NCBI GenBank assembly: GCA_020852515.1
Contig: JADZAS010000030.1
Location: 222,031 to 286,030, forward strand
Reading direction: 5' to 3'
Source of the DNA: Phycisphaerales bacterium
GTDB taxonomy: Bacteria; Planctomycetota; Phycisphaerae; Phycisphaerales; UBA5793
DNA length: 64,000 bases
Of this stretch, positions 36,170-45,187 are shown in pieces (position 1 is the stretch's first letter; each line of letters begins with the position of its first letter). Under the pieces are notes generated by a model. The model saw nothing but the letters and a program-made list of their open reading frames with translations. It searched no databases and had not been told where the DNA came from. The position numbers and the translations under genes were made by a program.

Positions 36170-37240
36170 ATGACCGCGATCACGCTCGATGGCGTTCGCA
36201 AGGCCTTTGGCTCGACCGTGGCGGTCGATTCGGTGTCGCTGCGCATCGCCGACGGGCACCTCTTTTTCCTGCTCGGCCCGTCGGGGTGCGGCAAGACGAC
36301 GCTGCTGCGCATGATCGCCGGTTTCATCGTGCCCGGCCGCGGCACGATCCGCTTCGACGATCAGGACGTCACGCGCCTGCCGCCCGAGAAGCGGCAGACG
36401 GGCATGGTCTTTCAGAACTACGCCCTGTGGCCCCACATGAGCGTCTTCGAGAATGTCGCGTTCGGCCTGAAGGTGCGCAAAGTGAGCCGCGGCGAGCGCG
36501 ACGACCGCGTGGCCGCGGCGCTCAAGGCCGTGCGCATGCAGGACTACGCCAAGCGCACGCCCAACCAGCTCTCGGGCGGCCAGCAGCAGCGCGTCGCGCT
36601 GGCGCGGGCCCTGGTGATCGAACCGAAGGTCCTGCTGCTCGATGAGCCGCTTTCGAACCTCGACGCCCGGCTGCGCAGCGAGATGCGCCGCGAGATCCGC
36701 CGGCTGTGCAGCGAGACGGGCATCACCACGGTGTACGTCACCCACGACCAGGTCGAAGCGCTCTCCATGGCCGACGAACTGGCGGTTTTGCGCGACGGCA
36801 GGGTGATGCAGGTCGGCAAGCCGCGCGATGTATACCAGCGGCCGGACAACCGATTCGTGGCTGATTTCCTCGGCGACACGAACTTCATCAGCGCCGAAGT
36901 CGTGGGCGCCGAAGCGGGCGAACTCATCCTCCACGCGCCGATGGGCAACGTGCGGGCGCGCGGCCTGCACGAAGACACGCCGCGCAGCGGGAACCTCACC
37001 TGCTCGATCCGGCCCGAAGCGTGGCGCCTGGGCGCGGCGGCGGGCAACGGCGCAGCGGGCAACCAGTGGCAGGGCACGATCGTGGACAGCGTCTACCACG
37101 GCGAGGCGGCGCGACACGAGATCGAATTGGCCGGCGATGTGACCATCCACGCGCTCGAACTCAATCCGCAGCAGCGCCAGCCCGGCGCGCAGGTGGAGGT
37201 CAGCATCGATCCGGGCGACGTGGTCGTGCTGGCGGATTGA
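36170..37240 (+). CDS. ABC transporter ATP-binding protein (PotA/FbpC/CysA-like, with C-terminal TOBE-like region)
   Basis: Walker A GPSGCGKTT, signature LSGGQQQRVALARAL, and Walker B LLLDEPLSNLD. No permease or binding-protein gene is adjacent. Confidence 0.9.
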   Translation: MTAITLDGVRKAFGSTVAVDSVSLRIADGHLFFLLGPSGCGKTTLLRMIAGFIVPGRGTIRFDDQDVTRLPPEKRQTGMVFQNYALWPHMSVFENVAFGLKVRKVSRGERDDRVAAALKAVRMQDYAKRTPNQLSGGQQQRVALARALVIEPKVLLLDEPLSNLDARLRSEMRREIRRLCSETGITTVYVTHDQVEALSMADELAVLRDGRVMQVGKPRDVYQRPDNRFVADFLGDTNFISAEVVGAEAGELILHAPMGNVRARGLHEDTPRSGNLTCSIRPEAWRLGAAAGNGAAGNQWQGTIVDSVYHGEAARHEIELAGDVTIHALELNPQQRQPGAQVEVSIDPGDVVVLAD

Positions 37241-37320
37241 CCCCAGATGCAAGGGCCACACTGCGCGGAAATGACGAGACCCTGCCGGCGGGGCTCGTTC
37301 AGCGATGCGCTCGGCACCTG

Positions 37321-40300
37321 CTACTTGGCGACAGGCTGCGGCTCGGCTTGGCGCGCGGGGGTGGATTCATCCTCATCGGACTCGTTGCGTGGCGCGGCGG
37401 CGTGATGCGGCTGCGGGGCGGCGACGTGGAGCGTCGGCCGGCCCCATGACCCCCCCGCCGCGGCGAGCCAGTTGGTCAACCACAGCCGCGCATCGATCAC
37501 GAGGCTGAACAGCATCGGCACGAGCACCAGCGTAAACAGCGTGCTCATGATCAGACCGCCGAGCATCACGCTGCCCAGGCCGCGGTACAGCTCGCTGCCC
37601 GAGCCGGGCATGACGACCAGCGGAACGGTTCCGCCGACGGTGGTCATCGCCGTCATCATGATCGGCCGCAGCCGGGTGCGGACGGACTCGGCGATGGCCT
37701 TGCGCGGCGAGAGTTTCTCGACGACGTCCTGCTCGCTCTCGCCGTAGCCATTCATGAAGTTCAGCGCCTGGTAGACGATGAGAATCGCATTGTTGACGAC
37801 GGTGCCCAGGAGCATCACAAAGCCGAGCATCGTGAGGATGTCGAGGTTCTGCGTGGGCATGTACGGATCGCCCGCGGTCCAGTTGTGCACGAGGCGCAGG
37901 CCGAGGAAGCCGCCGAAGGTCGCCAGCGGCACGCTGAAGAGAATGACCAGCGGGTAGAGGAACGACTCGAAGAGCACGCACATGAGCAGGTAGTTGATGA
38001 GCAGCGCGAGGAAGAAGCGGCTCGAGAGCAGGCCGATGAGCGTGCCGTCGCCGAGCAGCGCTTTGCGCACCGACGTAAGTTTGTCCGCCGAGCCGGCGAG
38101 GTCGGTGTTCACCGTCTCGGGGATCTGTCCCTGCTGGCGGAGGTCTTCGACGATCGCGGTGATCTTGTCCATCGCCTCGCCCAGCGGAATGTCCTTGTCG
38201 GGCGTGACTTCGAGCGACACGGCCCGCTGGCGCTCGACGTGGTTGATCTGCTGAGGCGCGGTGGTGCGGACAAGCCGAGCCACCGACGCGAGCGGCACGT
38301 TCTGGCCGGTGGCCGTGGCGATGGGCGTGTCGGAGAGAGCGCTGATGTCGCGCCGGGCCCAGCGGCCGTCTTCGATCGCGTCGCCGTCGAGAACCTTGAG
38401 ATCGATCGACTCGCCGCCAATGCGGAACTCGCCGATGTTGGCGCCTTCGCCCAAGGCACGCACCGCCAAGCCGACGTCGCGCGTGGACAGGCCCAGTTCG
38501 GCGGCGCGGAGGCGATCGACGATGACGTTGACCTGCGGCGCGGCGATCTGGAAGTTGCCCGGCTGGCTCTGCACTTTGCCGTAACCGAATTCCTGGTTGA
38601 ACAGGTTGAACGCAGCGCCCGCGGCGGCGTTCACCTGATCGATGTCTTCGCCGGAGAACTCGACGTCAATCGACGATCCGCTCGAACCCGAAAGGCGGAA
38701 CAGCGGCGCCTGGAATGCAAAGCCGGTGACGCCGGGAAGATTTTCAGCGCGCGTGGCGTGGTTGAAGAGCGTGGCGACATCGACGACGCGTTTGCCGTCA
38801 TCGCTCACGCCGCCATGAAACATGAAGCCGTTGAACGCAACGAAGAAGTAATTCTGCAGCGACGGCGGACGGACCGGCGGGCCGGGCTGGCCGGTGGCCC
38901 AGCTGAAAGTCGGGATCGGCGGCAGTTGTTCGAGCGCTTTTTCATAGGCCTGCGGATCGCCCTTGAGTTCGCCGGCCTCCCAGAAGGGACGAATCTCGGC
39001 CTCGACTCGCGCGCCCAGCTCGGCCTGTTTGTCGAGGTTGTAGCCCGGCGGGGGCACGAGCATGCCAAAGACGAGGTTGCGATTGCCCTTGGGCAGGTAG
39101 TCGGTCGGGGGCATGAGCGCGATGCTGCCCCAGATCGAGCCGACGGCGAAGAAGATGACGATGGCGACGCGCGCGATGATGCTGCCGCACAGCGCGTAAA
39201 CGAGCCGGCCCAGCGCGCCGCTGATGCCGCGCGGCTCGTCGGCGGCGGGCTTGTTCGATGCGGTGTTGCGGCGCTTGGCCATGCCGGAACCGAGCGAGAG
39301 CCAGATCGCCGCGGCGCAGGGCACGACGGTGATCGAGACGACCAGGCTCAACGCCACGGCCGAGCAGATCGCCAGCACGATGTCGCGGAACAGTTGCCCC
39401 GCATCTTCCTTGATGAACAGCACGGGGATGAACACAACGATGGTGGTGAGCGTCGAGGCGAGCACCGCCCCCCACACCTCGCGTGGCGCACGGTAGGCGG
39501 CCTGGCGCGGCGTGGCGCCCATCTCGATGTGCCGGTAGATGTTCTCCAGCACCACGATCGAATTGTCCACGACCATGCCTACGGCAAACGCGAGGCCGGC
39601 CAGGCTGATCACGTTGAGGTTGCGCCCCATCGCGACCATGGCCACAAACGTGCCGATGACCGAAATGGGAATCGCCAACGCGATGATGCCCACCGAACGA
39701 ACGGAGCGCAGGAACAGCAGCAGCGTGATCACAGCTATGGCGCCGCCGATGTAGATGTTGCTCGTCACCAGGCCGATTGCCTGGTCGATGTACACGGTCT
39801 GGTCATAGACCTGGCGGAGCTGGAGCGGCTGGCTCAGGCCGAGTTTACGCGACTGGACTTCGAGCAGGCCGCCGGGCTGGTTGAGTTGCGCGATCGACTG
39901 CTGCAAGCCATCCATCACTTCGATGACGTTCGACCCGACCTCGCGCTGGGCGTTGATCGCGATGACGACGTTGCCCTTGGAGTGCACGAACGAGGACGGC
40001 TTCTTGTACGTCATGACGACGTCGGCCACGTCGCGGACGTAGATCGGCCCGCCGGCGTCGCGCGTGATGACCGTCTGCTCGACGTCTTCGACGGTGCGGT
40101 AGCGGCCGACGGTGCGGAGCGTGATGCTCGCCTTGCCTTCTTCCATGGAGCCGGCGGAGAGATCGACGTTTTCGCGGCGAAGCGCATCGAACAGGTCGCC
40201 GTAGGTCAGCGCGTGCTGGGCGAGGCGCACGGGATCGGTGCGCACCTGCACCTCGCGCTCGAGCCCGCCGAGCACGTTGACCGTGGACATGCCCGGCACG

Positions 40301-40806
40301 CGCTCGAAGGCGGTCTTGATGTTGTCTTCGGCGAAGTCCTGAAGCGTGCGGATGTTGAAATCCGCATCGTCCGTCTCGAAGATGATCCACGCGATGTAGT
40401 CGCGGTTCATCGGGTCGGAGGCTTCGATGACCGGCTCATCGACGCCTTCGGGATAACTCGACACTTCGCGGAGCTTGTCAGACGCTTCGCGCAGCGCCGC
40501 GTCCTTGTCGGTCCCGACTTCGAATTCGAGCGTGATCTGGCCGTTGCTCTCGCGGCTCTGGCTCGTCATCTTGCGCAGCCCGGAGAGCCCCTTGAGCTTG
40601 TCCTCCTGCTTTTCGATGATGTCCTGCTCGACCTCCTGCGGGCTTGCGCCTTCCCAGAAAGTGGAGATCGTGACGACCGTTGAATCGACGTTGGGCGTCA
40701 ACTGAATCGGGATCGTGTTCAGCGCGAGCACGCCAAACAGGAGAATGAGCAGCACGCCGACCACGACGGCGACGGGCTTCTCAATGCTGGCTCGAATGAT
40801 GTCCAT
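37321..40806 (-). CDS. RND-family efflux transporter (AcrB/CzcA-like inner-membrane subunit)
   Basis: About 1160 aa with an RND-like N-terminus MDIIRASIEKPVAVVVGVLLILLFGVLALNTIPIQLTPNVD. It has two large periplasmic loops and 12 hydrophobic segments. Confidence 0.9.
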   Translation of the reverse strand: MDIIRASIEKPVAVVVGVLLILLFGVLALNTIPIQLTPNVDSTVVTISTFWEGASPQEVEQDIIEKQEDKLKGLSGLRKMTSQSRESNGQITLEFEVGTDKDAALREASDKLREVSSYPEGVDEPVIEASDPMNRDYIAWIIFETDDADFNIRTLQDFAEDNIKTAFERVPGMSTVNVLGGLEREVQVRTDPVRLAQHALTYGDLFDALRRENVDLSAGSMEEGKASITLRTVGRYRTVEDVEQTVITRDAGGPIYVRDVADVVMTYKKPSSFVHSKGNVVIAINAQREVGSNVIEVMDGLQQSIAQLNQPGGLLEVQSRKLGLSQPLQLRQVYDQTVYIDQAIGLVTSNIYIGGAIAVITLLLFLRSVRSVGIIALAIPISVIGTFVAMVAMGRNLNVISLAGLAFAVGMVVDNSIVVLENIYRHIEMGATPRQAAYRAPREVWGAVLASTLTTIVVFIPVLFIKEDAGQLFRDIVLAICSAVALSLVVSITVVPCAAAIWLSLGSGMAKRRNTASNKPAADEPRGISGALGRLVYALCGSIIARVAIVIFFAVGSIWGSIALMPPTDYLPKGNRNLVFGMLVPPPGYNLDKQAELGARVEAEIRPFWEAGELKGDPQAYEKALEQLPPIPTFSWATGQPGPPVRPPSLQNYFFVAFNGFMFHGGVSDDGKRVVDVATLFNHATRAENLPGVTGFAFQAPLFRLSGSSGSSIDVEFSGEDIDQVNAAAGAAFNLFNQEFGYGKVQSQPGNFQIAAPQVNVIVDRLRAAELGLSTRDVGLAVRALGEGANIGEFRIGGESIDLKVLDGDAIEDGRWARRDISALSDTPIATATGQNVPLASVARLVRTTAPQQINHVERQRAVSLEVTPDKDIPLGEAMDKITAIVEDLRQQGQIPETVNTDLAGSADKLTSVRKALLGDGTLIGLLSSRFFLALLINYLLMCVLFESFLYPLVILFSVPLATFGGFLGLRLVHNWTAGDPYMPTQNLDILTMLGFVMLLGTVVNNAILIVYQALNFMNGYGESEQDVVEKLSPRKAIAESVRTRLRPIMMTAMTTVGGTVPLVVMPGSGSELYRGLGSVMLGGLIMSTLFTLVLVPMLFSLVIDARLWLTNWLAAAGGSWGRPTLHVAAPQPHHAAAPRNESDEDESTPARQAEPQPVAK

Positions 40807-40867
40807 ACGTGTTCCGTTGCTGCTGCGCGAGCGCAACCGGCGCCGCCGCCGGTGCGGTCTGTTTCTC

Positions 40868-42043
40868 TCAGTTGGAAGGGGCGGACGGCGATGCGGTTGC
40901 ACCCGCCGCCTCGGCCTCGTTGCGCACGATCATCACCTTGGCCGTGGGATAGAGTTTTTCATTGCCCTCGGTTACAAGCAGCACGTCCTCCTCGAGGGGA
41001 CCGCTGACGACGAAGCGCCCGATTCCCGCGCTTGAGCGGATGTCGATGTTTACCGGATACGCCGCGCCATCGCGCACGGCGTAGACATAGGGCCCCGTCG
41101 GCGACATAAGCACCGCATCGCGCGAAACGGTCAGCGCTTCATCAAACTCCTTGGACGGCACCCAGCCCTTCACCGCCATGCCCGGCTTATAGCGGCCGTC
41201 TTCGTTCTCGAGCGCGACCTTGACCGGATAGGTCCGGGCCCGTGGATCGCCGATGGGCACGATCGCTCGGATCGAGCCGATCACGGCGTCTTCGAACGCC
41301 GCAGGCAGGATCTCGAGGCTCATGCCCACGCTCAACTGCGAGACGAGCGACTCGGGCACGTCGAGCACGGCATCGACCTGGCCGAGTTCGACGAGTTCGG
41401 CGATGTCGCCGCCCACGCCGACCCACTGGCCGACTTCAGCGAGCTTGATGACGATCACGCCGTCGAAGGGCGCGAGGATGGTCTTGTTTTCGAGGCGCTG
41501 CGTGATGAGATCGATCCGCGCCTGGGCGAGGCGGACACTCTCCTGCGCCTGGCGCAGGGCCGCGCGTTCGGCGAGGGCCTCGCTGCGCTTGTCGGAGATT
41601 TCCTTGGGCTGGGCGGCGCCGCGAGCCTGCAGTTCCTCGAGCGACTGGAGATCGGCATCGGCCCACTCGCTGCGGGCCCGATGTTCATCAACGCTCGCCT
41701 GGGCCTCGGCCAGTTCGGCTTCCTGCTCGCGCAGGTTGAGTTCGAGTATGGCCGAGTCGAGCTCGGCAAGCACTTCGCCGGCCTTGACCGTATCACCCGC
41801 GTCAAAGGGCACGCGGAGGACGATGCCGGGCTCTTCGGAAGCGACCGTCGAGCGGCGCCGGGCGGCGATCTCGCCCGTGATGCGGTGCATGCGCGTGACC
41901 GACTCGCGGCGGACGGGATCGACCGCCACGGGCGAAGCGGGCTGGGCCAGCGCGGCCGGCGCCAGCAAGGCCGTGGCAAGAAGCGCAAACAAAAGCCTGG
42001 GAAGCGTCCGCGGGCGCGCCGCGGGCGTCGGGTCATACTGCAT
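40868..42043 (-). CDS. RND efflux periplasmic adaptor (membrane fusion protein, HlyD-like)
   Basis: Signal/anchor LLFALLATALLAPAALAQ, a coiled-coil hairpin region (LELNLREQEAELAEAQASVDEHRAR...), and beta-barrel-like C-terminal parts. GGAGGA lies before ATG 42043. It sits 61 nt upstream of the RND gene. Confidence 0.85.
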   Translation of the reverse strand: MQYDPTPAARPRTLPRLLFALLATALLAPAALAQPASPVAVDPVRRESVTRMHRITGEIAARRRSTVASEEPGIVLRVPFDAGDTVKAGEVLAELDSAILELNLREQEAELAEAQASVDEHRARSEWADADLQSLEELQARGAAQPKEISDKRSEALAERAALRQAQESVRLAQARIDLITQRLENKTILAPFDGVIVIKLAEVGQWVGVGGDIAELVELGQVDAVLDVPESLVSQLSVGMSLEILPAAFEDAVIGSIRAIVPIGDPRARTYPVKVALENEDGRYKPGMAVKGWVPSKEFDEALTVSRDAVLMSPTGPYVYAVRDGAAYPVNIDIRSSAGIGRFVVSGPLEEDVLLVTEGNEKLYPTAKVMIVRNEAEAAGATASPSAPSN

Positions 42044-42129
42044 TCCGGATGTCCTCCGCTGCCGATCGGGCAGCCGCTGCATTGGCCCAATCATATGGGG
42101 TCCGCCAAGGGCCCATCCGCCGGGCGGGT

Positions 42130-42163
42130 GAAAAGCCACAACCCGCCTGAGAACGGCGGGTTG
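42130..42163 (-). terminator. intrinsic terminator after the small-paralogue pair
   Basis: The minus strand reads CAACCCGCC-gttctca-GGCGGGTTG followed by TGGCTTTTC. Confidence 0.6.
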
Positions 42164-42251
42164 GGAAGGTTGAGATGCGGCGGGGAACAGGACCTTCAAC
42201 GGGGCCCGGGACCGCTGCGTGCGCGGCCAGGCGGCGCCGGCCTGTCCGGGA

Positions 42252-42653
42252 TCAGTGCGGTATTTGCACGACGTTGCTCGTTTGACAGCTTGCGTCCGGA
42301 TAGTTCAGCGTCTGCAGATAGCCGCCGCAGGCGCGCGGGCCGGCGGTTCCTTCGAAGAAGGCGAATCCGTTTTCATCCGCCCGTGCTGCCGTCGCAATCT
42401 GCAGCCCGTGCCAGTTCAGACCGAGTCTTGTTCCCGCGCACCAGTGGCCGAAGGGAAGGACATAGGAGCCGCTCATCGGAGCGAACAGCAGCAGAACGGA
42501 CCGATCCGGCCGCACTCCACGGACATCAGCGAGCACGAAGCCCGGGCACGAGCCTTCGAGCGTCAGCACCGGCTGCGCTGTCGCCGGCGCGCTCCAAATG
42601 GCCAGGGACGCCGCCGCGATGAGCACGAGTTGGAATGCACGATTCGCTTTCAT
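42252..42653 (-). CDS. small secreted 4-Cys protein, paralogue A (unknown family)
   Basis: AGGAGGA before ATG 42653. Signal peptide MKANRAFQLVLIAAASLAIWSAPATAQ. The mature ~106 aa are ~58% identical to paralogue B. Confidence 0.75.
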   Translation of the reverse strand: MKANRAFQLVLIAAASLAIWSAPATAQPVLTLEGSCPGFVLADVRGVRPDRSVLLLFAPMSGSYVLPFGHWCAGTRLGLNWHGLQIATAARADENGFAFFEGTAGPRACGGYLQTLNYPDASCQTSNVVQIPH

Positions 42654-42664
42654 GGCCGTTCCTC

Positions 42665-43063
42665 CTATCGTGGGATCCGCACGACGTTGCTGATCTCGCA
42701 GCCACCGCTTGGATAGTTCAGTGTCTGGAGAAATCCGCCGCACGCCAGCGAGTTCACTTCGCCTTCAAAGAGCGCCACTCCGTTCTGATCCGCCACGACT
42801 CCCGCGACTTGCCGCAGCCCTCGCCAACCAAGCCCGAGTTGAACGCCCTGACACCAGTTGCCGCGCGGCAGCACAAAAGTCCCTTCGTGAGGCGCGAAGA
42901 GGAGAAGAATGAACTTCTCAGGCCGTGCATTTCGAACTTCCGCCCGCAGCAGACCCGGGCATTCACCTTCGAGAGTGAGAACGGGCTGCGCCAGACCCGA
43001 GCGCGCCGGAGCCAGCACCGTTGCCAGACTCGCGACGACGGCGGTCAGGACTCTCGTGAACAT
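42665..43063 (-). CDS. small secreted 4-Cys protein, paralogue B (unknown family)
   Basis: AAGAGG before ATG 43063. Signal peptide MFTRVLTAVVASLATVLAPARSGLAQ. Blocks shared with paralogue A include PVLTLEGxCPG, LLLFAP, ACGGxLQTLNYP and SNVVxIP. Confidence 0.75.
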   Translation of the reverse strand: MFTRVLTAVVASLATVLAPARSGLAQPVLTLEGECPGLLRAEVRNARPEKFILLLFAPHEGTFVLPRGNWCQGVQLGLGWRGLRQVAGVVADQNGVALFEGEVNSLACGGFLQTLNYPSGGCEISNVVRIPR

Positions 43064-43196
43064 GGCTGAAACCTCTTTGGGCCGATGTTACATGATATGA
43101 GTATGCCGCCGGCGCATCGGACCTGCTATGAGAAAGTCGCCCTGATCTGGCGCTTTCATGGCGACCTCATGAGATTCGGCGGCGAACCGTCTGCGC

Positions 43197-43236
43197 GCGA
43201 AGAAAAACCGGGGCGGCGCTGAGCCTTGCCCCGGCT
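43197..43236 (-). terminator. intrinsic terminator after the SBBP-repeat gene
   Basis: The minus strand reads CCGGGGC-aaggctcagcgcc-GCCCCGG followed by TTTTTCTTC. Confidence 0.65.
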
Positions 43237-43262
43237 TGATTTCGACGATCGTTTCCGGCGCG

Positions 43263-44969
43263 CTACTGCACCTGCGTGGCCACGACATTGCTTGCCTGGT
43301 TGTACTGCGCGGCCTGGAACCACACGCTGGCCCCGGAAGATCCCCGTGGAATGGGCAGCGTCCAGACCGCGGTGCCCGCCGGATCGCTGACCGCCACGCC
43401 CCCCGCCTGCCGCGGGTTCTGCAGCGAGAGCGTTACATTGAGGAATGGGACAAAGAGGTTGCTCGTCCCGGACGTGCTGTACCCGAGGTAGCAGTCGGAG
43501 GAGGGCTCCACGTTGGAGAAGGTAAAGGTCGCGGGCTGACCGGGCAGGAGCGGGTCAGGATTGACGACGAGCAGCGGTGGCGGCGCGGTGGTGTACTTGG
43601 CGACGAGCGAGTCGGTTCCTGTGCCGATACCGACCGAAGAGCCGCAGACCACGACGCGTCCCAGATCATCCACGTCCACGGCGGACCAGAAGTCGTCCGC
43701 GTGGGCGGGGCCGTCGGTGATCACGGTGTCGAGCAATTGCCCGTCGGGTGAATACTTGAGCAGCCAGGCGTCGTCGCCGCGGCCATAGCCGTACCAGCCG
43801 AAGCCGGCGACGAGCAGGTTGCCGTCGGCGTCGAGGGCGAGGTCGTTGCCCCAGTCGTCGCCGAACCAGTCGCTGCGGAAGATCTGCGCCCAGGCGAGGT
43901 TGCCATTGCTGTCCCAGTGGACGGTGCCGGCGTCGTTTTCGCCGCCCGTGGTCATGGTTGAGCCGGAGACGTAGGCGCCGCCGGCGCCATCGGGCAGGAC
44001 GAGCCAGCTGTAGTGATAGCCGCTGTTGCCGCCGTAGCGTCCTTCCCACTGGAACGACCCGTTGGTGTCGTACTTGACAGTGCAGTATTCAAAGTCGCTG
44101 TTAAGGAAGGCGGAATCGGAGATGCCGGTGGCAAAGACGTTTTCGGAGCCGTCGATGGAGATGGCGTAGAGCGATTCGTCGCCGTGGTACTGGCTGTCGA
44201 AGAGTCGGGACCAGAGGAGGTTGCCGGCGGGGTCATACTTGAGCAGGCCGTAGTCGCGATCTCCGTTGTTGTTGCTCACGTCGCCGCCGACGTAGGCGTT
44301 GCCCGATGGCGAGACCGCGATCACCCAGCCGTAGGAATTGTCCAGCGGGCCCCGGAAAGTCCGCACCCACAACTGGCTGCCGGCGGCGGAGTACTTGATC
44401 GTGACGTATTCCCAGTACCCGTCGGCGGCGTACTGATAGCCGGTCACATAGACACGGCCGGCGGCATCGAGGCCGACCGCTTCGATCCCGAAGGTCTCGT
44501 CGTCGCCGTTTCCGGGCCCGTTGTAACGGCGCGCCCACGTGAGCTGACCGCTGGGATCGTACTTGAGCGTCGTGATGTCGCTGTCGCCGCCGACTCCCGC
44601 AGACGAGCCGCAGATGATGATGTTGTCGTTGGCGTCGATGGCGAGGCTTCCGAAGAACTCGTAGCCGTGGCCGGGGCCGTCGTAAGTCTGCGTCCACAGC
44701 AGGCGACCAGTGCGGTCGTACTTGCGCAGCAGCACGTCGTAATCCGTGGCGGGGTCGTAGGCCCAGCCAACGGTCACGGCATTACCCTGGCTGTCGATCT
44801 TCACGTTGAAATCGACTTCCTCCTGACCCGCGCCGTTGTCGGTGCGGGTCTGCCAGACCGTCCTCCACTGCGCCAATGAAGACGAGGCGGCGGCAAGGAC
44901 AGCGCCGACCGCGAGCGCGCGCACGAACCACCTTCCCGCAAGGGGATGACTCTTCTCTCTCCTGAACAT
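43263..44969 (-). CDS. secreted beta-propeller repeat protein (SBBP-like repeats) with distinct ~105-aa C-terminal domain
   Basis: Signal peptide MFRREKSHPLAGRWFVRALAVGAVLAAASSSLAQ. Roughly 50-aa repeats of the type D..T.KY...G...W...Y.GPG.G.D......D..G..YVTG. The C-terminal domain ends QASNVVATQVQ. Confidence 0.75.
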   Translation of the reverse strand: MFRREKSHPLAGRWFVRALAVGAVLAAASSSLAQWRTVWQTRTDNGAGQEEVDFNVKIDSQGNAVTVGWAYDPATDYDVLLRKYDRTGRLLWTQTYDGPGHGYEFFGSLAIDANDNIIICGSSAGVGGDSDITTLKYDPSGQLTWARRYNGPGNGDDETFGIEAVGLDAAGRVYVTGYQYAADGYWEYVTIKYSAAGSQLWVRTFRGPLDNSYGWVIAVSPSGNAYVGGDVSNNNGDRDYGLLKYDPAGNLLWSRLFDSQYHGDESLYAISIDGSENVFATGISDSAFLNSDFEYCTVKYDTNGSFQWEGRYGGNSGYHYSWLVLPDGAGGAYVSGSTMTTGGENDAGTVHWDSNGNLAWAQIFRSDWFGDDWGNDLALDADGNLLVAGFGWYGYGRGDDAWLLKYSPDGQLLDTVITDGPAHADDFWSAVDVDDLGRVVVCGSSVGIGTGTDSLVAKYTTAPPPLLVVNPDPLLPGQPATFTFSNVEPSSDCYLGYSTSGTSNLFVPFLNVTLSLQNPRQAGGVAVSDPAGTAVWTLPIPRGSSGASVWFQAAQYNQASNVVATQVQ

Positions 44970-45120
44970 GGTTTTGCTTCCTGATTGTTCGGGGCGCGGC
45001 CGGCCGGTGCGGTCGAGCGCGCTCCTCAGCCACACATCCAAACCCTCGCCGCGTCCGCGCGGCGAGACAGACGACGCATGAAGATACGTCGGTGTCCGCA
45101 TCGAGACAACGCCCGCGCGT

Positions 45121-45158
45121 GTGAGAAACGGACGAGGCGGCCGACGTGCGGCCGCCTC
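45121..45158 (-). terminator. intrinsic terminator candidate after clpX
   Basis: The minus strand reads GAGGCGGCCG-cacgt-CGGCCGCCTC (perfect 10-bp stem) followed by GTCCGTTTCTC. Confidence 0.55.
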
Positions 45159-45187
45159 AGTGTGGCAAGTGTCGATGCGAGCGCGGC

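Noticed and set aside
37885-40683. 932-aa ORF antisense to the RND transporter gene
   Set aside because: This is a shadow ORF of a high-GC gene. It has a low-complexity R/A/G/D/H-rich translation, no motifs, and full overlap with a well-supported CDS.
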